From: Rhodoferax sp.
GTDB lineage: Bacteria > Pseudomonadota > Gammaproteobacteria > Burkholderiales > Burkholderiaceae_C
Direction: 5' to 3'
Length of the DNA: 64,000 bases
Assembly: GCF_030653815.1 (NCBI RefSeq)
Contig: NZ_JAURYQ010000017.1
Coordinates: forward strand, 17,370-81,369
Shown here: positions 31,158-40,630 of the stretch, in pieces
Position numbering within the stretch: position 1 is the stretch's first letter
How the letters are laid out: the number at the start of each line of letters is the position of its first letter
Translations under genes and position numbers: made by a program
The notes under the pieces: generated by a model
The model's database searches: none
Told to the model about the DNA's origin: nothing
The model's input: only the letters and a program-made list of their open reading frames with translations

Positions 31158-32900
31158 ATGTCAAATCATCACACCGCACACCGGGACGGGCCTGAAAGCA
31201 TGGCTGGCCTCGAATCCGCCATTCGCGCCATCAACAAGCAGGCTGATCCTTTCGGCATCATCTCCTCTCAGATCAATGCCCAGGTGGCCTTGATGATGCA
31301 CCCGCAGGAATTTCTCAAAGCCGTGGACGACTTGTCCTCGGACTGGATCGCCCTGTATGACCATGCGCTGCGTCGCATGCTTGGCATGCCTACCCACGAA
31401 GTGTTCGAACAAAACCCTGAAGACGCCCGCTTTGCCGACCCCATCTGGACCGAGTCCGCGATCTGGGACATCTACAAAGAGTGGTACCTGACATTTTCCA
31501 ACCGGCTGCAAAAAATTTGTCTGGAAACGCCCGGCTTGTCAGGTCACGCGCGCCGTCAGGCCGCGTTCTGGCAACGCAACTGGCTCAACCGGGTGTCGCC
31601 CACCAATTTCTTCTGGCTCAATCCGCAGGCTATGGCCCGCGCCATCGAAACCAAAGGGGCGAGCCTGCAGGCAGGGTTGAACAATTTCATGCGCGATGCG
31701 GCGGCCAAAAACATCCAGATGGTCGAGCCCGATGCCTTTGCCGTGGGCAAGGACCTGGCCACCACCGCGGGCAAGGTGATCTTTCGCAATCGGCTGGTCG
31801 AATTGATCCACTACGCGCCCACCACGAAGCAGGTGCGCGCCATGCCCATCCTGATCGTCACACCCTGGATCAACAAGTTTTACATTCTGGACCTGACCGC
31901 GCAAAAGAGCATGGTCAAGCACCTGACTGACCAGGGCTTTTCGGTATTCATCAGCAGCTGGAAGAACCCGACCGCGGACATGTCTGAAGTGCGGCTTGAC
32001 GATTATTTGCTGGAAGGCGTCGAGGCCATGGTCAACGCCACCACCGAATTTTGCAAGGTGCCGCAAGTGCACCTGGTGGGTTATTGCATTGGTGGCACAC
32101 TGGCTGCCACCTACATGGCCTGGGCCAACAAGCGCTATGGCGACGACAGAATGGCGGTGGCGCACTGGACGCTGCTGACCTCGCTGACCGATTTTTCCCA
32201 TCCCGGCGAGATCGAAGTGTTCATCGACGAAGCCTGCATCAGCGCCCTGGAGGAATCGATGGCGAAAAAAGGCTATCTGGACGGCGGGGAGATGGCGAGT
32301 TCTTTCCGTCTGCTGCGCTCCAACAGCCTGATCTGGCATTACTGGGTCAAGAGCTATTTGATGGGCGAAAAACTGCCGCCGTTCGACGTGCTGTTCTGGA
32401 ACACCGACACCACGCGGATGCCGCAAGCCATGCATTCCTATTACTTGCGCGAGATGTACCTGCACAACAAGCTGGTCAAGCGTGACCAACTCAGCATCGG
32501 GGGCGAGTCCATCGATCTGAACCGCATCACCCAACCACTGTATGCGGTGACCGCCGAAGAGGACCATATTGCGCCTTGGCAACAGTGTTATCTGATCCGG
32601 CGCGACATCCACCCCGAAACCCCGGTGCGCTTTGTCAGGTCAAGTTCCGGGCATATTCTGGGCATCGTCAACCCGCCGGTGAATCCGCCCAAGCGCAGCT
32701 ACTGGGTGGCTGATCCCGAGGCCAATGACGACTCAGAGCGCTGGCTCAGCCGTGCCGAGAAAAAGCAGGGTAGCTGGTGGCCCGACTGGACCGCCTGGCT
32801 GCATGCGCGCACCGGTGACATGGTGCCCGCCTATGCCACCACCAGCCGAAAATTTCCGGCGCTGGCAGATGCGCCGGGCACCTATGTGCTGGAGAAATAG
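31158..32900 (+). CDS. phaC: Polyhydroxyalkanoate synthase (class I/II type)
   Basis: Lipase box GYCIGG; ILIVTPWINKFYILDL; catalytic Asp (EEDHIAPW) and His (SSGHILG); SWWPDW. Confidence 0.93.
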   Translation: MSNHHTAHRDGPESMAGLESAIRAINKQADPFGIISSQINAQVALMMHPQEFLKAVDDLSSDWIALYDHALRRMLGMPTHEVFEQNPEDARFADPIWTESAIWDIYKEWYLTFSNRLQKICLETPGLSGHARRQAAFWQRNWLNRVSPTNFFWLNPQAMARAIETKGASLQAGLNNFMRDAAAKNIQMVEPDAFAVGKDLATTAGKVIFRNRLVELIHYAPTTKQVRAMPILIVTPWINKFYILDLTAQKSMVKHLTDQGFSVFISSWKNPTADMSEVRLDDYLLEGVEAMVNATTEFCKVPQVHLVGYCIGGTLAATYMAWANKRYGDDRMAVAHWTLLTSLTDFSHPGEIEVFIDEACISALEESMAKKGYLDGGEMASSFRLLRSNSLIWHYWVKSYLMGEKLPPFDVLFWNTDTTRMPQAMHSYYLREMYLHNKLVKRDQLSIGGESIDLNRITQPLYAVTAEEDHIAPWQQCYLIRRDIHPETPVRFVRSSSGHILGIVNPPVNPPKRSYWVADPEANDDSERWLSRAEKKQGSWWPDWTAWLHARTGDMVPAYATTSRKFPALADAPGTYVLEK

Positions 32901-32902
32901 GC

Positions 32903-34216
32903 TCAGGCGGTGGCGCTGACCGCCCGTTTGGGCAGGTTGCGAATCGGTGCGGGGGCGCTGTAGCGGTCCAGCGCCAAACCTTCCGTGCTGATGGCAGGCT
33001 GCCGCCCCGTAACCAAATCGGCCAGCAATTGCCCGGAGCCGCTGGCCATGGTCCAGCCCAGGGTGCCGTGGCCGGTGTTCAAAAACAGGTTGGGGTACTG
33101 CCGGGTGGCGCCGATGATGGGCGTGCCATCGGGCGTTTGCGGGCGCAAGCCAGTCCAGAACTCCGCCTTGGGCAGGTCGCCGCCGGGGAACAGGTCGGCC
33201 GTCACCATCTCTAAGGTGGCGCGGCGTTTGGGGTTCAGGCTCAGGTCAAAACCACTCAACTCGGCCATGCCACCAACGCGGATGCGCTTGTCAAAACGCG
33301 TGATGGCCACCTTGTAGGTCTCATCCAGCACGGTGGACTGCGGTGCCAGGCTGGCGTCCAGCAAAGGCACCGTGAGCGAGTACCCCTTGACCGGATACAC
33401 CGGAATGCTCAGGCCCAGGGGTTGCAACAGCTGGCGCGTGTAACTGCCCAGTGCCAGCACATATTTGTCGGCCTTGACCACTTCGGCCTCAGGCCCCGCC
33501 AATTGCACGCCCTGCAGGCTCTGGCCGTCAGACAGCAGCTGCTTGACATCCACGCCGTAGCGGAACTGCACGCCCAATTGCCGCGCTTTCTCGGCCAGTT
33601 GTTGGGTGAACATGAAGCAGTCACCGGTCTCATCATGGGGCAGCCAGAGGCCGCCGAGCAACCGGTCTTGCGTGTGGGCCAGCGCGGGCTCCACGCGGGC
33701 CAGTCCGGCGCGGTCCAACACCTCATGCGCCACTCCGCAGGCGCGCAGCACCTCCAGGTCACGCGTCACGGCGTCAAGTTGCGCCTGCGAGCGAAACACC
33801 TGCAGCGTGCCACCCGTGCGCTGCTCGTACTGGATGCCGGTGTCCAGGCGCAGTTGCTGCAAACAGGCGCGGCTGTACTCCGACACGCGCATCATGCGTT
33901 CCTTGTTGATGGCATAACGCGACGGCGTGCAGTTGGCCAGCATGCCCGCCAGCCAGCGCAACTGGAACAGTGAGCCATCGGCGCGCAAGGCCAGCGGCGC
34001 ATGTTTCTGAAACAGCCATTTGAGGGCTTTGAGCGGAATGCCGGGTGCCGCCCAAGGAGTTGAGTAGCCGGGCGAAACCTGGCCCGCATTGGCAAAACTG
34101 GTTTCCAGCGCTGCGCCAGGCTGGCGTTCCAGCACTGTGACCTCGGCCCCGGCGCGGGCCAGGGCATAAGCCGTTGAAATGCCGATGACGCCAGCGCCTA
34201 AAACAACAACTTTCAT
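32903..34216 (-). CDS. dadA: D-amino acid dehydrogenase
   Basis: GAGVIG FAD motif, [43 protein letters not shown]. Confidence 0.95.
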   Translation of the reverse strand: MKVVVLGAGVIGISTAYALARAGAEVTVLERQPGAALETSFANAGQVSPGYSTPWAAPGIPLKALKWLFQKHAPLALRADGSLFQLRWLAGMLANCTPSRYAINKERMMRVSEYSRACLQQLRLDTGIQYEQRTGGTLQVFRSQAQLDAVTRDLEVLRACGVAHEVLDRAGLARVEPALAHTQDRLLGGLWLPHDETGDCFMFTQQLAEKARQLGVQFRYGVDVKQLLSDGQSLQGVQLAGPEAEVVKADKYVLALGSYTRQLLQPLGLSIPVYPVKGYSLTVPLLDASLAPQSTVLDETYKVAITRFDKRIRVGGMAELSGFDLSLNPKRRATLEMVTADLFPGGDLPKAEFWTGLRPQTPDGTPIIGATRQYPNLFLNTGHGTLGWTMASGSGQLLADLVTGRQPAISTEGLALDRYSAPAPIRNLPKRAVSATA

Positions 34217-34345
34217 GCGAACCTCATGTTGAACAATTGATTTATGAAGTTTATGTAAGCATTAGCAGTAAATTTCGCTGTTTTAAACTATGATTTCAGC
34301 GAAAAATATAAACTACAACTGGAAAACTCGATCCAAACCAGAAAA

Positions 34346-34813
34346 ATGGCTGAACTCGACCGCATTGACAGAAAAATCCTCGATATCCTGCAGCGCCAGG
34401 GTCGCATCTCGATGACCGAACTTGGTGAGCAGATCGGGCTCTCGACCTCACCCTGCGCCGAGCGCGTTCGGCGCATGGAGCGCAGCGGTGTCATCACCGG
34501 CTACCACGCCCAGGTCGACCCCAAGTCGGTGGGGAAAACGCTGCTGGTGTTTGTTGAAATCACGCTCACCACGAAGTCGGGCGATGTGTTTGACCAGGTC
34601 CGCAAGGCGCTTTTGCACATGCCGGAGGTGATGGCGTGTTACCTGGTGTCGGGCAACTTTGACTACCTGGTGAAGGCGCGCCTGAATGCGATGCCCGATT
34701 ACCGTGAGTTACTGAGCAGCATTCTGCAAAAGATCCCGGTGCCGTCGCAGTCGCACAGCTATGTGGTGATGGAGGAAGTCAAGGACACCGCCATCATGAA
34801 CATTAAGTTCTAA
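34346..34813 (+). CDS. Lrp/AsnC regulator divergent from dadA
   Basis: LDRIDRKILDILQRQGRISMTEL, GLS-SPC-ERVRR, SGNFDYLVKAR. Confidence 0.93.
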   Translation: MAELDRIDRKILDILQRQGRISMTELGEQIGLSTSPCAERVRRMERSGVITGYHAQVDPKSVGKTLLVFVEITLTTKSGDVFDQVRKALLHMPEVMACYLVSGNFDYLVKARLNAMPDYRELLSSILQKIPVPSQSHSYVVMEEVKDTAIMNIKF

Positions 34814-34818
34814 TCAGT

Positions 34819-34859
34819 TGGGGTCAGAGCACGTCGCTACGCGAGTGGTCTGACCCGCA
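34819..34859. repeat. Single REP-like palindrome, same family as 23914
   Basis: tGGGGTCAGAGC-acgtcgctacgcgagtgg-TCTGACCCgcaa; the arms match the reverse complement of the 23914 unit. Confidence 0.7.
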
Positions 34860-34863
34860 AACC

Positions 34864-35280
34864 TCAGGGTTTGAGGCTGGCGCTCCAGCGCTCGTCCCAG
34901 TCATGCTGGCGCAGCTGCTCGGTGTCGCGCCGGTCGCGCTTGGTGGGGCGGCCCTGACTCAGGCTCAGGGCCGGCTCGGGTGCCAGCCGGCGCTGCTCGG
35001 CTGCTTGTTGGCGCTGGCGAATGGAGTCTTCGGTTTCCTGGTAGAGCAGGGCGGCGAGCGGCGCCGGGCCCCGCTTGTCGCTGACGGCCAGCACGGTCAC
35101 GGTGCGGCTGATGGGCCCGTTGCGCAACTGCACGCTGTCACCGGCCTTGAGTTCACGCGCCGGTTTGGCCACCACGCCATTGACCTGCACCCGACCCTTG
35201 TCAATTTCGTCGCAGGCCAGGCTGCGCGTCTTGTAGAAACGCGCAGCCCACAGCCACTTGTCAAGGCGCAGACGTTCCAT
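34864..35280 (-). CDS. hslR: Ribosome-associated heat-shock protein Hsp15 (S4 domain)
   Basis: RLDKWLWAARFYKTRSLA, LYQET, GRPTKRDRR. Confidence 0.93.
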   Translation of the reverse strand: MERLRLDKWLWAARFYKTRSLACDEIDKGRVQVNGVVAKPARELKAGDSVQLRNGPISRTVTVLAVSDKRGPAPLAALLYQETEDSIRQRQQAAEQRRLAPEPALSLSQGRPTKRDRRDTEQLRQHDWDERWSASLKP

Positions 35281-35737
35281 TTTTTGCGATTGGCTTGAAC
35301 GGTGGGCCACTGAGCTTGAAGCCTGCCTTGATGCCTTTTTGGGCAAACCAGCCCTGGTTCATTTCCAGCACATAACGCACCGGCTTGGCCGAGCAATGGG
35401 AGTCGCTGCTTTGCGGTGTCATGTCGGCCAGGTTGACGATGGTGCCGTCATCAGCCACAAAAGCGGCAGTCAGGGGCAACAAGGTGTTTTTCATCCAGAA
35501 GCATTGTTGGCCAGCTTGCTCAAAGACAAACAGCATGCCCTCAGCGTGTGGCATTTGCCGGCGAAACATCAGGCCGGTGCTGCGTTGTGCGGGTGTGCCT
35601 GCCACCTGGGCGTCAACCAGGTACATGCCTGCGGTGAGCCTGACGCGCGGCAAATCGAGCTGAGGTGCGTCCTGGGCGAAACTGGTGCCTGAGCACAGCA
35701 GGGCCAAGGTCAGAAAAAAGCTGGCGAAAGGGTTCAT
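35261..35737 (-). CDS. DUF192-domain exported protein
   Basis: Signal peptide; GLMFR, GMLFVF, FWMKNTLLPL, YVLEMNQG. Confidence 0.9.
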   Translation of the reverse strand: MNPFASFFLTLALLCSGTSFAQDAPQLDLPRVRLTAGMYLVDAQVAGTPAQRSTGLMFRRQMPHAEGMLFVFEQAGQQCFWMKNTLLPLTAAFVADDGTIVNLADMTPQSSDSHCSAKPVRYVLEMNQGWFAQKGIKAGFKLSGPPFKPIAKNGTSAP

Positions 35738-35917
35738 GGCCCGATTTTGACCCAAAAAATAGCGCTGACTATCCCTGCGCAGCTTGTCATCGCAAGCTTG
35801 ACTGGACTGACCGTGTTGGACGCTTGGATGGGACTAGAATGAAAAAGTCTAAACAACACGGGTCGGTTTGCTCGCTGGCCTGTGCCTAGATTGATCAACT
35901 ACCGGAGACACAAGACC

Positions 35918-37171
35918 ATGTACCAGCACATCAAGGTGCCCTCAGAAGGCCAGAAAATTACCGTCAATGCAGACTACTCATTGAACGTGCCCGACCAGCC
36001 CATCATTCCTTTTATCGAAGGTGATGGCACTGGTTTCGATATCACGCCCGTGATGATGAAGGTGGTGGACGCTGCCGTGGCCAAAGCCTACGCCGGCAAG
36101 AAAAAGATCCACTGGATGGAAGTCTATGCCGGTGAAAAGTCCACCAAAATTTACGGCCCAGACGTCTGGTTGCCAGAGGAAACACTGGCTGCCTTGCGCG
36201 AGTACGTGGTGTCCATCAAGGGCCCGCTGACGACACCGGTGGGTGGCGGCATTCGCTCGCTCAACGTGGCCTTGCGCCAGGAACTCGATTTATACGTTTG
36301 CCTGCGCCCGATTCAATATTTCGAAGGCGTGCCCAGCCCGGTCAAGGAGCCGCACAAGACCAACATGGTGATCTTCCGCGAAAACTCCGAAGACATCTAT
36401 GCCGGGATCGAGTTCGAGGCTGAATCTGCCAAGGCGAAAAAGCTCATCAAGTTCCTGCAGGACGAAATGGGTGTCACCAAGATCCGCTTCCCCAACACTT
36501 CTGGCATCGGCATCAAGCCGGTGTCACGCGAGGGCACCGAGCGCCTGGTGCGCAAGGCCATCCAGTACGCCATCGACAACGACAAGCCCAGCGTGACGAT
36601 TGTTCACAAGGGCAACATCATGAAATTCACCGAAGGCGGCTTCCGTGACTGGGCCTACGGTCTGGCACAGAAAGAGTTCGGTGCGGAGCTGATTGACGGC
36701 GGCCCGTGGTGCAAGTTCAAGAACCCGAAAACGGGCAAAGACATCACGGTCAAGGACAGCATTGCCGACGCCTTTTTGCAGCAAATTTTGTTGCGCCCGG
36801 CCGAGTACAGCGTCATTGCCACGCTGAACCTGAACGGTGACTACGTGTCGGACGCCCTGGCCGCGCAGGTGGGTGGCATTGGTATTGCACCTGGCGCCAA
36901 CTTGTCCGACTCGGTGGCCTGTTTTGAGGCTACCCATGGCACAGCGCCCAAGTACGCCGGCAAGGATTATGTGAACCCGGGTTCTGAAATTTTGTCGGCT
37001 GAAATGATGTTGCGCCACATGGGCTGGGTCGAGGCCGCAGACGCCATCATCAAGTCGATGGAGCGCTCGATTGCCAGCAAAAAGGTCACCTACGACTTTG
37101 CCCGCCTGATGGACGGTGCCACGCAAGTGAGCTGCTCTGGCTTTGGCCAGGTCATGATCGACCACATGTAA
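35918..37171 (+). CDS. icd: NADP-dependent isocitrate dehydrogenase
   Basis: [61 protein letters not shown]. Confidence 0.98.
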   Translation: MYQHIKVPSEGQKITVNADYSLNVPDQPIIPFIEGDGTGFDITPVMMKVVDAAVAKAYAGKKKIHWMEVYAGEKSTKIYGPDVWLPEETLAALREYVVSIKGPLTTPVGGGIRSLNVALRQELDLYVCLRPIQYFEGVPSPVKEPHKTNMVIFRENSEDIYAGIEFEAESAKAKKLIKFLQDEMGVTKIRFPNTSGIGIKPVSREGTERLVRKAIQYAIDNDKPSVTIVHKGNIMKFTEGGFRDWAYGLAQKEFGAELIDGGPWCKFKNPKTGKDITVKDSIADAFLQQILLRPAEYSVIATLNLNGDYVSDALAAQVGGIGIAPGANLSDSVACFEATHGTAPKYAGKDYVNPGSEILSAEMMLRHMGWVEAADAIIKSMERSIASKKVTYDFARLMDGATQVSCSGFGQVMIDHM

Positions 37172-37206
37172 TTGACTGAACAAGCCGTCCTTGACGGTTT
37201 GATGAC

Positions 37207-37241
37207 AGCCCCATGGCGCGCCGGCGCTTGGGGCTTTTTTT
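37207..37241 (+). terminator. Intrinsic terminator after icd
   Basis: agcccca...tggggct followed by a T run. Confidence 0.65.
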
Positions 37242-37301
37242 ATGCGTTCCTCACGTTTACCCCGATACCCAGTCGGGCCGTGGACCGGCAATATAGCCAC
37301 C

Positions 37302-38174
37302 ATGAAAATCGACAGTCACCAGAATTTCTGGCACTTTGAACCGCAGGCTTTCCCTTGGATATCGGAAGACATGCCCATCCTGCGCCGGCATCAACGCCCG
37401 GCTGACAGCCGGCCTGGCATGGACAGCAGTGGCGTGTTGGGGGTGATTGCCGTGCAGGCACGGTGCGAACCCGAGGAAACAGACTTTTTGCTCGGTCTGG
37501 CGGCCAATCATCCGCATATTTTGGGGGTGATCGGTTGGGCCGATTTGACCAGTGCCACACTGCAGGCAGACCTCGCGCGCTGGCAGGGTCAGGAAAAACT
37601 CAAGGGTTTTCGGCACTTTTTGCAATACGAGCCGGACCTGGCTGGAGTCATCAGCAACCCGGCCTTCAACCAGGGCGTGGCGTGTTTGCAGCGACAGCAA
37701 CTGGTCTTTGAGGTGTTGGTTTTTGCGCATCAGTTACCCACCGTGTTTGATTTTTGCACTCGCCATGACGAGCATGCGCTGGTGTTGGACCATGTGGGAA
37801 AACCCGCACTCAGGGACTGGCTGACCGCACCCGAGGCAAGGCACCAATGGACGCAAGACCTGCAGCAACTGGCCCGCTTGCCCCATGTCAGTTGCAAAGT
37901 CTCGGGGCTGGTGACGCAGACCGATTGGCAGCATCAGGATGATCCCAGCGTGGCCGACATGGCGCACATCGAGCAATGTTTTGACGTGGCCCTGCAAGCC
38001 TTCGGGCCGGAGCGGCTGATGTTTGGCTCTGATTGGCCGGTCTGTCAGATGGCTGCCAACTACCAGGGCGTTCACGCCATTGCGCAACGCTGGGCGGCAT
38101 CGCGTCTTGATAGCCAGGCACAGCGTGCTTTCTGGGGGGAAAATGCCATGCGAATTTACGACTTGACGATTTGA
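37302..38174 (+). CDS. Amidohydrolase_2 family protein (sugar-lactonase-like)
   Basis: IDSHQNFW, AVQA, KGFRH, LDHVGKP, CKVSGL, RLMFGSDWPVC. Confidence 0.85.
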   Translation: MKIDSHQNFWHFEPQAFPWISEDMPILRRHQRPADSRPGMDSSGVLGVIAVQARCEPEETDFLLGLAANHPHILGVIGWADLTSATLQADLARWQGQEKLKGFRHFLQYEPDLAGVISNPAFNQGVACLQRQQLVFEVLVFAHQLPTVFDFCTRHDEHALVLDHVGKPALRDWLTAPEARHQWTQDLQQLARLPHVSCKVSGLVTQTDWQHQDDPSVADMAHIEQCFDVALQAFGPERLMFGSDWPVCQMAANYQGVHAIAQRWAASRLDSQAQRAFWGENAMRIYDLTI

Positions 38175-38199
38175 GTCACCGCGTGCCCGTGCCCTGCGT

Positions 38200-39264
38200 T
38201 CAGCAAATGCGCGGCAACTGCTCCCCGGTCAGCCAATCCACAATGCGCCGGCCACCAAAAGCGGTATGAAGTTGCACAAAGTGGTGTGCGTCGGCAACCA
38301 CGGTGCCGATCTGGGCCGCGTCTGCTCCGAGCGGATGGGCCTGCAGGGTGGCCAGCAGGCTTGGCGCATCGGCGGCAGTGCAAATCACGATCAGTTTGCC
38401 TTCGTTGGCCACATAGAGCGGGTCCAGCCCCAGGAATTCGCAGGCGGCAGCCACCACCGGTTTGACTGGAATGGCTTTCTCCTGCAGCACCATGCCCACG
38501 CCCGACTGCGTGGCGATTTCGTTGAGGGTCGAGGCCAGGCCGCCGCGCGTGGGGTCGCGCAGGCAGCGGATGTCGGCACCGGTGGCCAGCAGTTGGGCAA
38601 TCAGGCCGTGCAGCGCGGCGGTGTCAGATGCAATGGCCGCCTCAAAGCTGAGGTTTTCACGCAGGCTCATGATGGCCACGCCATGGTCGCCCATCGTGCC
38701 CGACACCAGCACCACGTCACCTGGCCGCGCGCGGGCGCCGCCCAGGTCCAGCCCGTCGGGCATGACACCAACGCCGGTGGTGGTGATGAAAACGCCGTCA
38801 CCCTTGCCGCGCTCCACCACCTTGGTGTCGCCGGTCACCACGGGTACCCCCGCTTGCCTGGCCGCGCTGGCCATTGATTCGACGATGCGCGCCAGGTCGG
38901 CCAGGGCAAAACCTTCTTCCAGAATGAAACCGGCGGCAATGTAGAGCGGCGTGGCGCCCATCACGGCCACGTCGTTGAGCGTGCCGTGCACCGACAGGCA
39001 GCCGATGTCGCCCCCGGGGAAGAACAGCGGAGACACTACATGACCGTCGGTGGCCATCACCAGGCGAGCGACCTTGCCGTTGAGCACGGGTGCGGGCAGC
39101 ACGGCGCCGTCGTTGCCCTGACCAAGGTAAGCATTGCCAAGATGGTGGGTAAACAGCTCGGCAATCAGTTGCATCATGGCACGGCCACCCGCACCATGGC
39201 TCATGTCGACCCGGCCATGTTTCAGGTCGAGTGCGCGCGCGTAGCCGCGCTTGACGCCACTCAT
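38200..39264 (-). CDS. hypE: Hydrogenase maturation protein HypE
   Basis: MSHGAGG, TDGHVVSPLFFPGGDIG, GDTKVV, RDPTRGG, ANEGK, C-terminal LPRIC. Confidence 0.97.
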   Translation of the reverse strand: MSGVKRGYARALDLKHGRVDMSHGAGGRAMMQLIAELFTHHLGNAYLGQGNDGAVLPAPVLNGKVARLVMATDGHVVSPLFFPGGDIGCLSVHGTLNDVAVMGATPLYIAAGFILEEGFALADLARIVESMASAARQAGVPVVTGDTKVVERGKGDGVFITTTGVGVMPDGLDLGGARARPGDVVLVSGTMGDHGVAIMSLRENLSFEAAIASDTAALHGLIAQLLATGADIRCLRDPTRGGLASTLNEIATQSGVGMVLQEKAIPVKPVVAAACEFLGLDPLYVANEGKLIVICTAADAPSLLATLQAHPLGADAAQIGTVVADAHHFVQLHTAFGGRRIVDWLTGEQLPRIC

Positions 39265-40391
39265 GGCGCCTTGTCCTGATAGCGGCCGTAACTGTAGTGC
39301 GCGGCACAAGCACCTTCGCTGCTGACCATGCAGGAGCCCACCGGGTTTTCGGGAGTGCAGACGGTGCCAAAAATCTTGCAATCCTGCGGCCGTTTGACAC
39401 CGCGCAAAATGGCGCCGCATTCACAGGCCTTGTTGTCGGGCACTGAGCGGTAGTCCATTTTGAAACGGCGCTCGGCATCGAAACTGCCGTAGCTTTCGCG
39501 GATTTTCAGGGCCGATTCGGGCACGGTGCCGAGCCCTCGCCACTCGAACGCAGGGCGCAGCTCGAACACCTCGGCCATGCGGTCCTGCGCCTTCTTGTTG
39601 CCGTCGCGGCTGACGGCGCGCGAGAATTCGTTTTCGACCTCGGCGCGGCCGTCGTTGACCTGGGCGATCAGCATGAGAATTGCTTGCATCACATCGAGCG
39701 GCTCAAAGCCGGCAATCACCACGGGCTTGCTGTAATTGGTGGCAAACGGCTCATAGGGCCGGCTGCCGATCACCGTGGAAACATGGGCGGGGCCGATGAA
39801 GCCGTCAATCGGCACCGTGCCCCATTGCTGCACTTCGGGCGATTCAAGAATATGGGTGATGGCAGCAGGTGTGAGCACATGGCAGCACAACACGCTGAAG
39901 TTGGTCAATTGGTCCCGGGCCGCCTGCAGAATCGCCAGTGCCGTGGGCGGCGTGGTGGTCTCAAAACCAATCGCAAAAAACACCACGTCACGGCCCGGAT
40001 TGTCGCGTGCAATCTGCAGCGCATCCAGCGTGGAATAGACCATGCGGATATCGCCCCCTTGTGCCTTGGCCTTGAGCAGTGACAGGTGGTTGGAGGCTGG
40101 CACACGCAAGGTGTCGCCGTAAGTGCACAGGATGACACCGCGGTTCAGGGCCAGTTCAATCGCCATGTCGATGCGGCCGATCGGCAACACACACACCGGG
40201 CAACCGGGGCCGTGCACCATGCGCACCGTGGGCGGAAGCAGATCGGGCAGGCCGTAGCGCGATATGGCGTGGGTATGACCACCACAAAACTCCATGAAGC
40301 TGTAGCGGCGCCCGGGCTGTGCCAGTCGGGCAATTTTGTATGCCAGGGTTTTGGCAATCTCGCCGTCGCGAAACTCGTCGACGTATTTCAT
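39261..40391 (-). CDS. hypD: Hydrogenase maturation protein HypD
   Basis: MEFCGGHTH, GPGCPVCV, GFETT, GPAHVS, C-terminal CECG...PVGSCMVSSEGACAA. Confidence 0.97.
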   Translation of the reverse strand: MKYVDEFRDGEIAKTLAYKIARLAQPGRRYSFMEFCGGHTHAISRYGLPDLLPPTVRMVHGPGCPVCVLPIGRIDMAIELALNRGVILCTYGDTLRVPASNHLSLLKAKAQGGDIRMVYSTLDALQIARDNPGRDVVFFAIGFETTTPPTALAILQAARDQLTNFSVLCCHVLTPAAITHILESPEVQQWGTVPIDGFIGPAHVSTVIGSRPYEPFATNYSKPVVIAGFEPLDVMQAILMLIAQVNDGRAEVENEFSRAVSRDGNKKAQDRMAEVFELRPAFEWRGLGTVPESALKIRESYGSFDAERRFKMDYRSVPDNKACECGAILRGVKRPQDCKIFGTVCTPENPVGSCMVSSEGACAAHYSYGRYQDKAP

Positions 40392-40630
40392 GCCGCTGCC
40401 ACGGGGGGGGCGCTGATGTCGGCAAACAGGGCCAGCGTGCGCTCGGCCTCTTCGGGGTCGAGTTTGGACAGGGCGTAACCCGCATGCAAAATCACGTAAT
40501 CACCCACCTGCACATCGTCAAGCAGCGCCAGCGAGATTTTCTTTTTGACGCCGCCCAGATCGACCAGGCCCATGTCGCCCGCTGGGCCGCAGCCGACTTC
40601 AATCACCTTGACCGGAAGTGCCAGACACAT
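40388..40630 (-). CDS. hypC: Hydrogenase maturation chaperone HypC
   Basis: MCLALP N-terminus; VGDYVILHAGYA; ATG at 40630 overlaps the hypF stop. Confidence 0.95.
   Translation of the reverse strand: MCLALPVKVIEVGCGPAGDMGLVDLGGVKKKISLALLDDVQVGDYVILHAGYALSKLDPEEAERTLALFADISAPPVAAA

Noticed and set aside
37291-37300. atatagccac identical to 56211-56220
   Set aside because: A 10-nt match is expected by chance in 64 kb and the flanks are unrelated.
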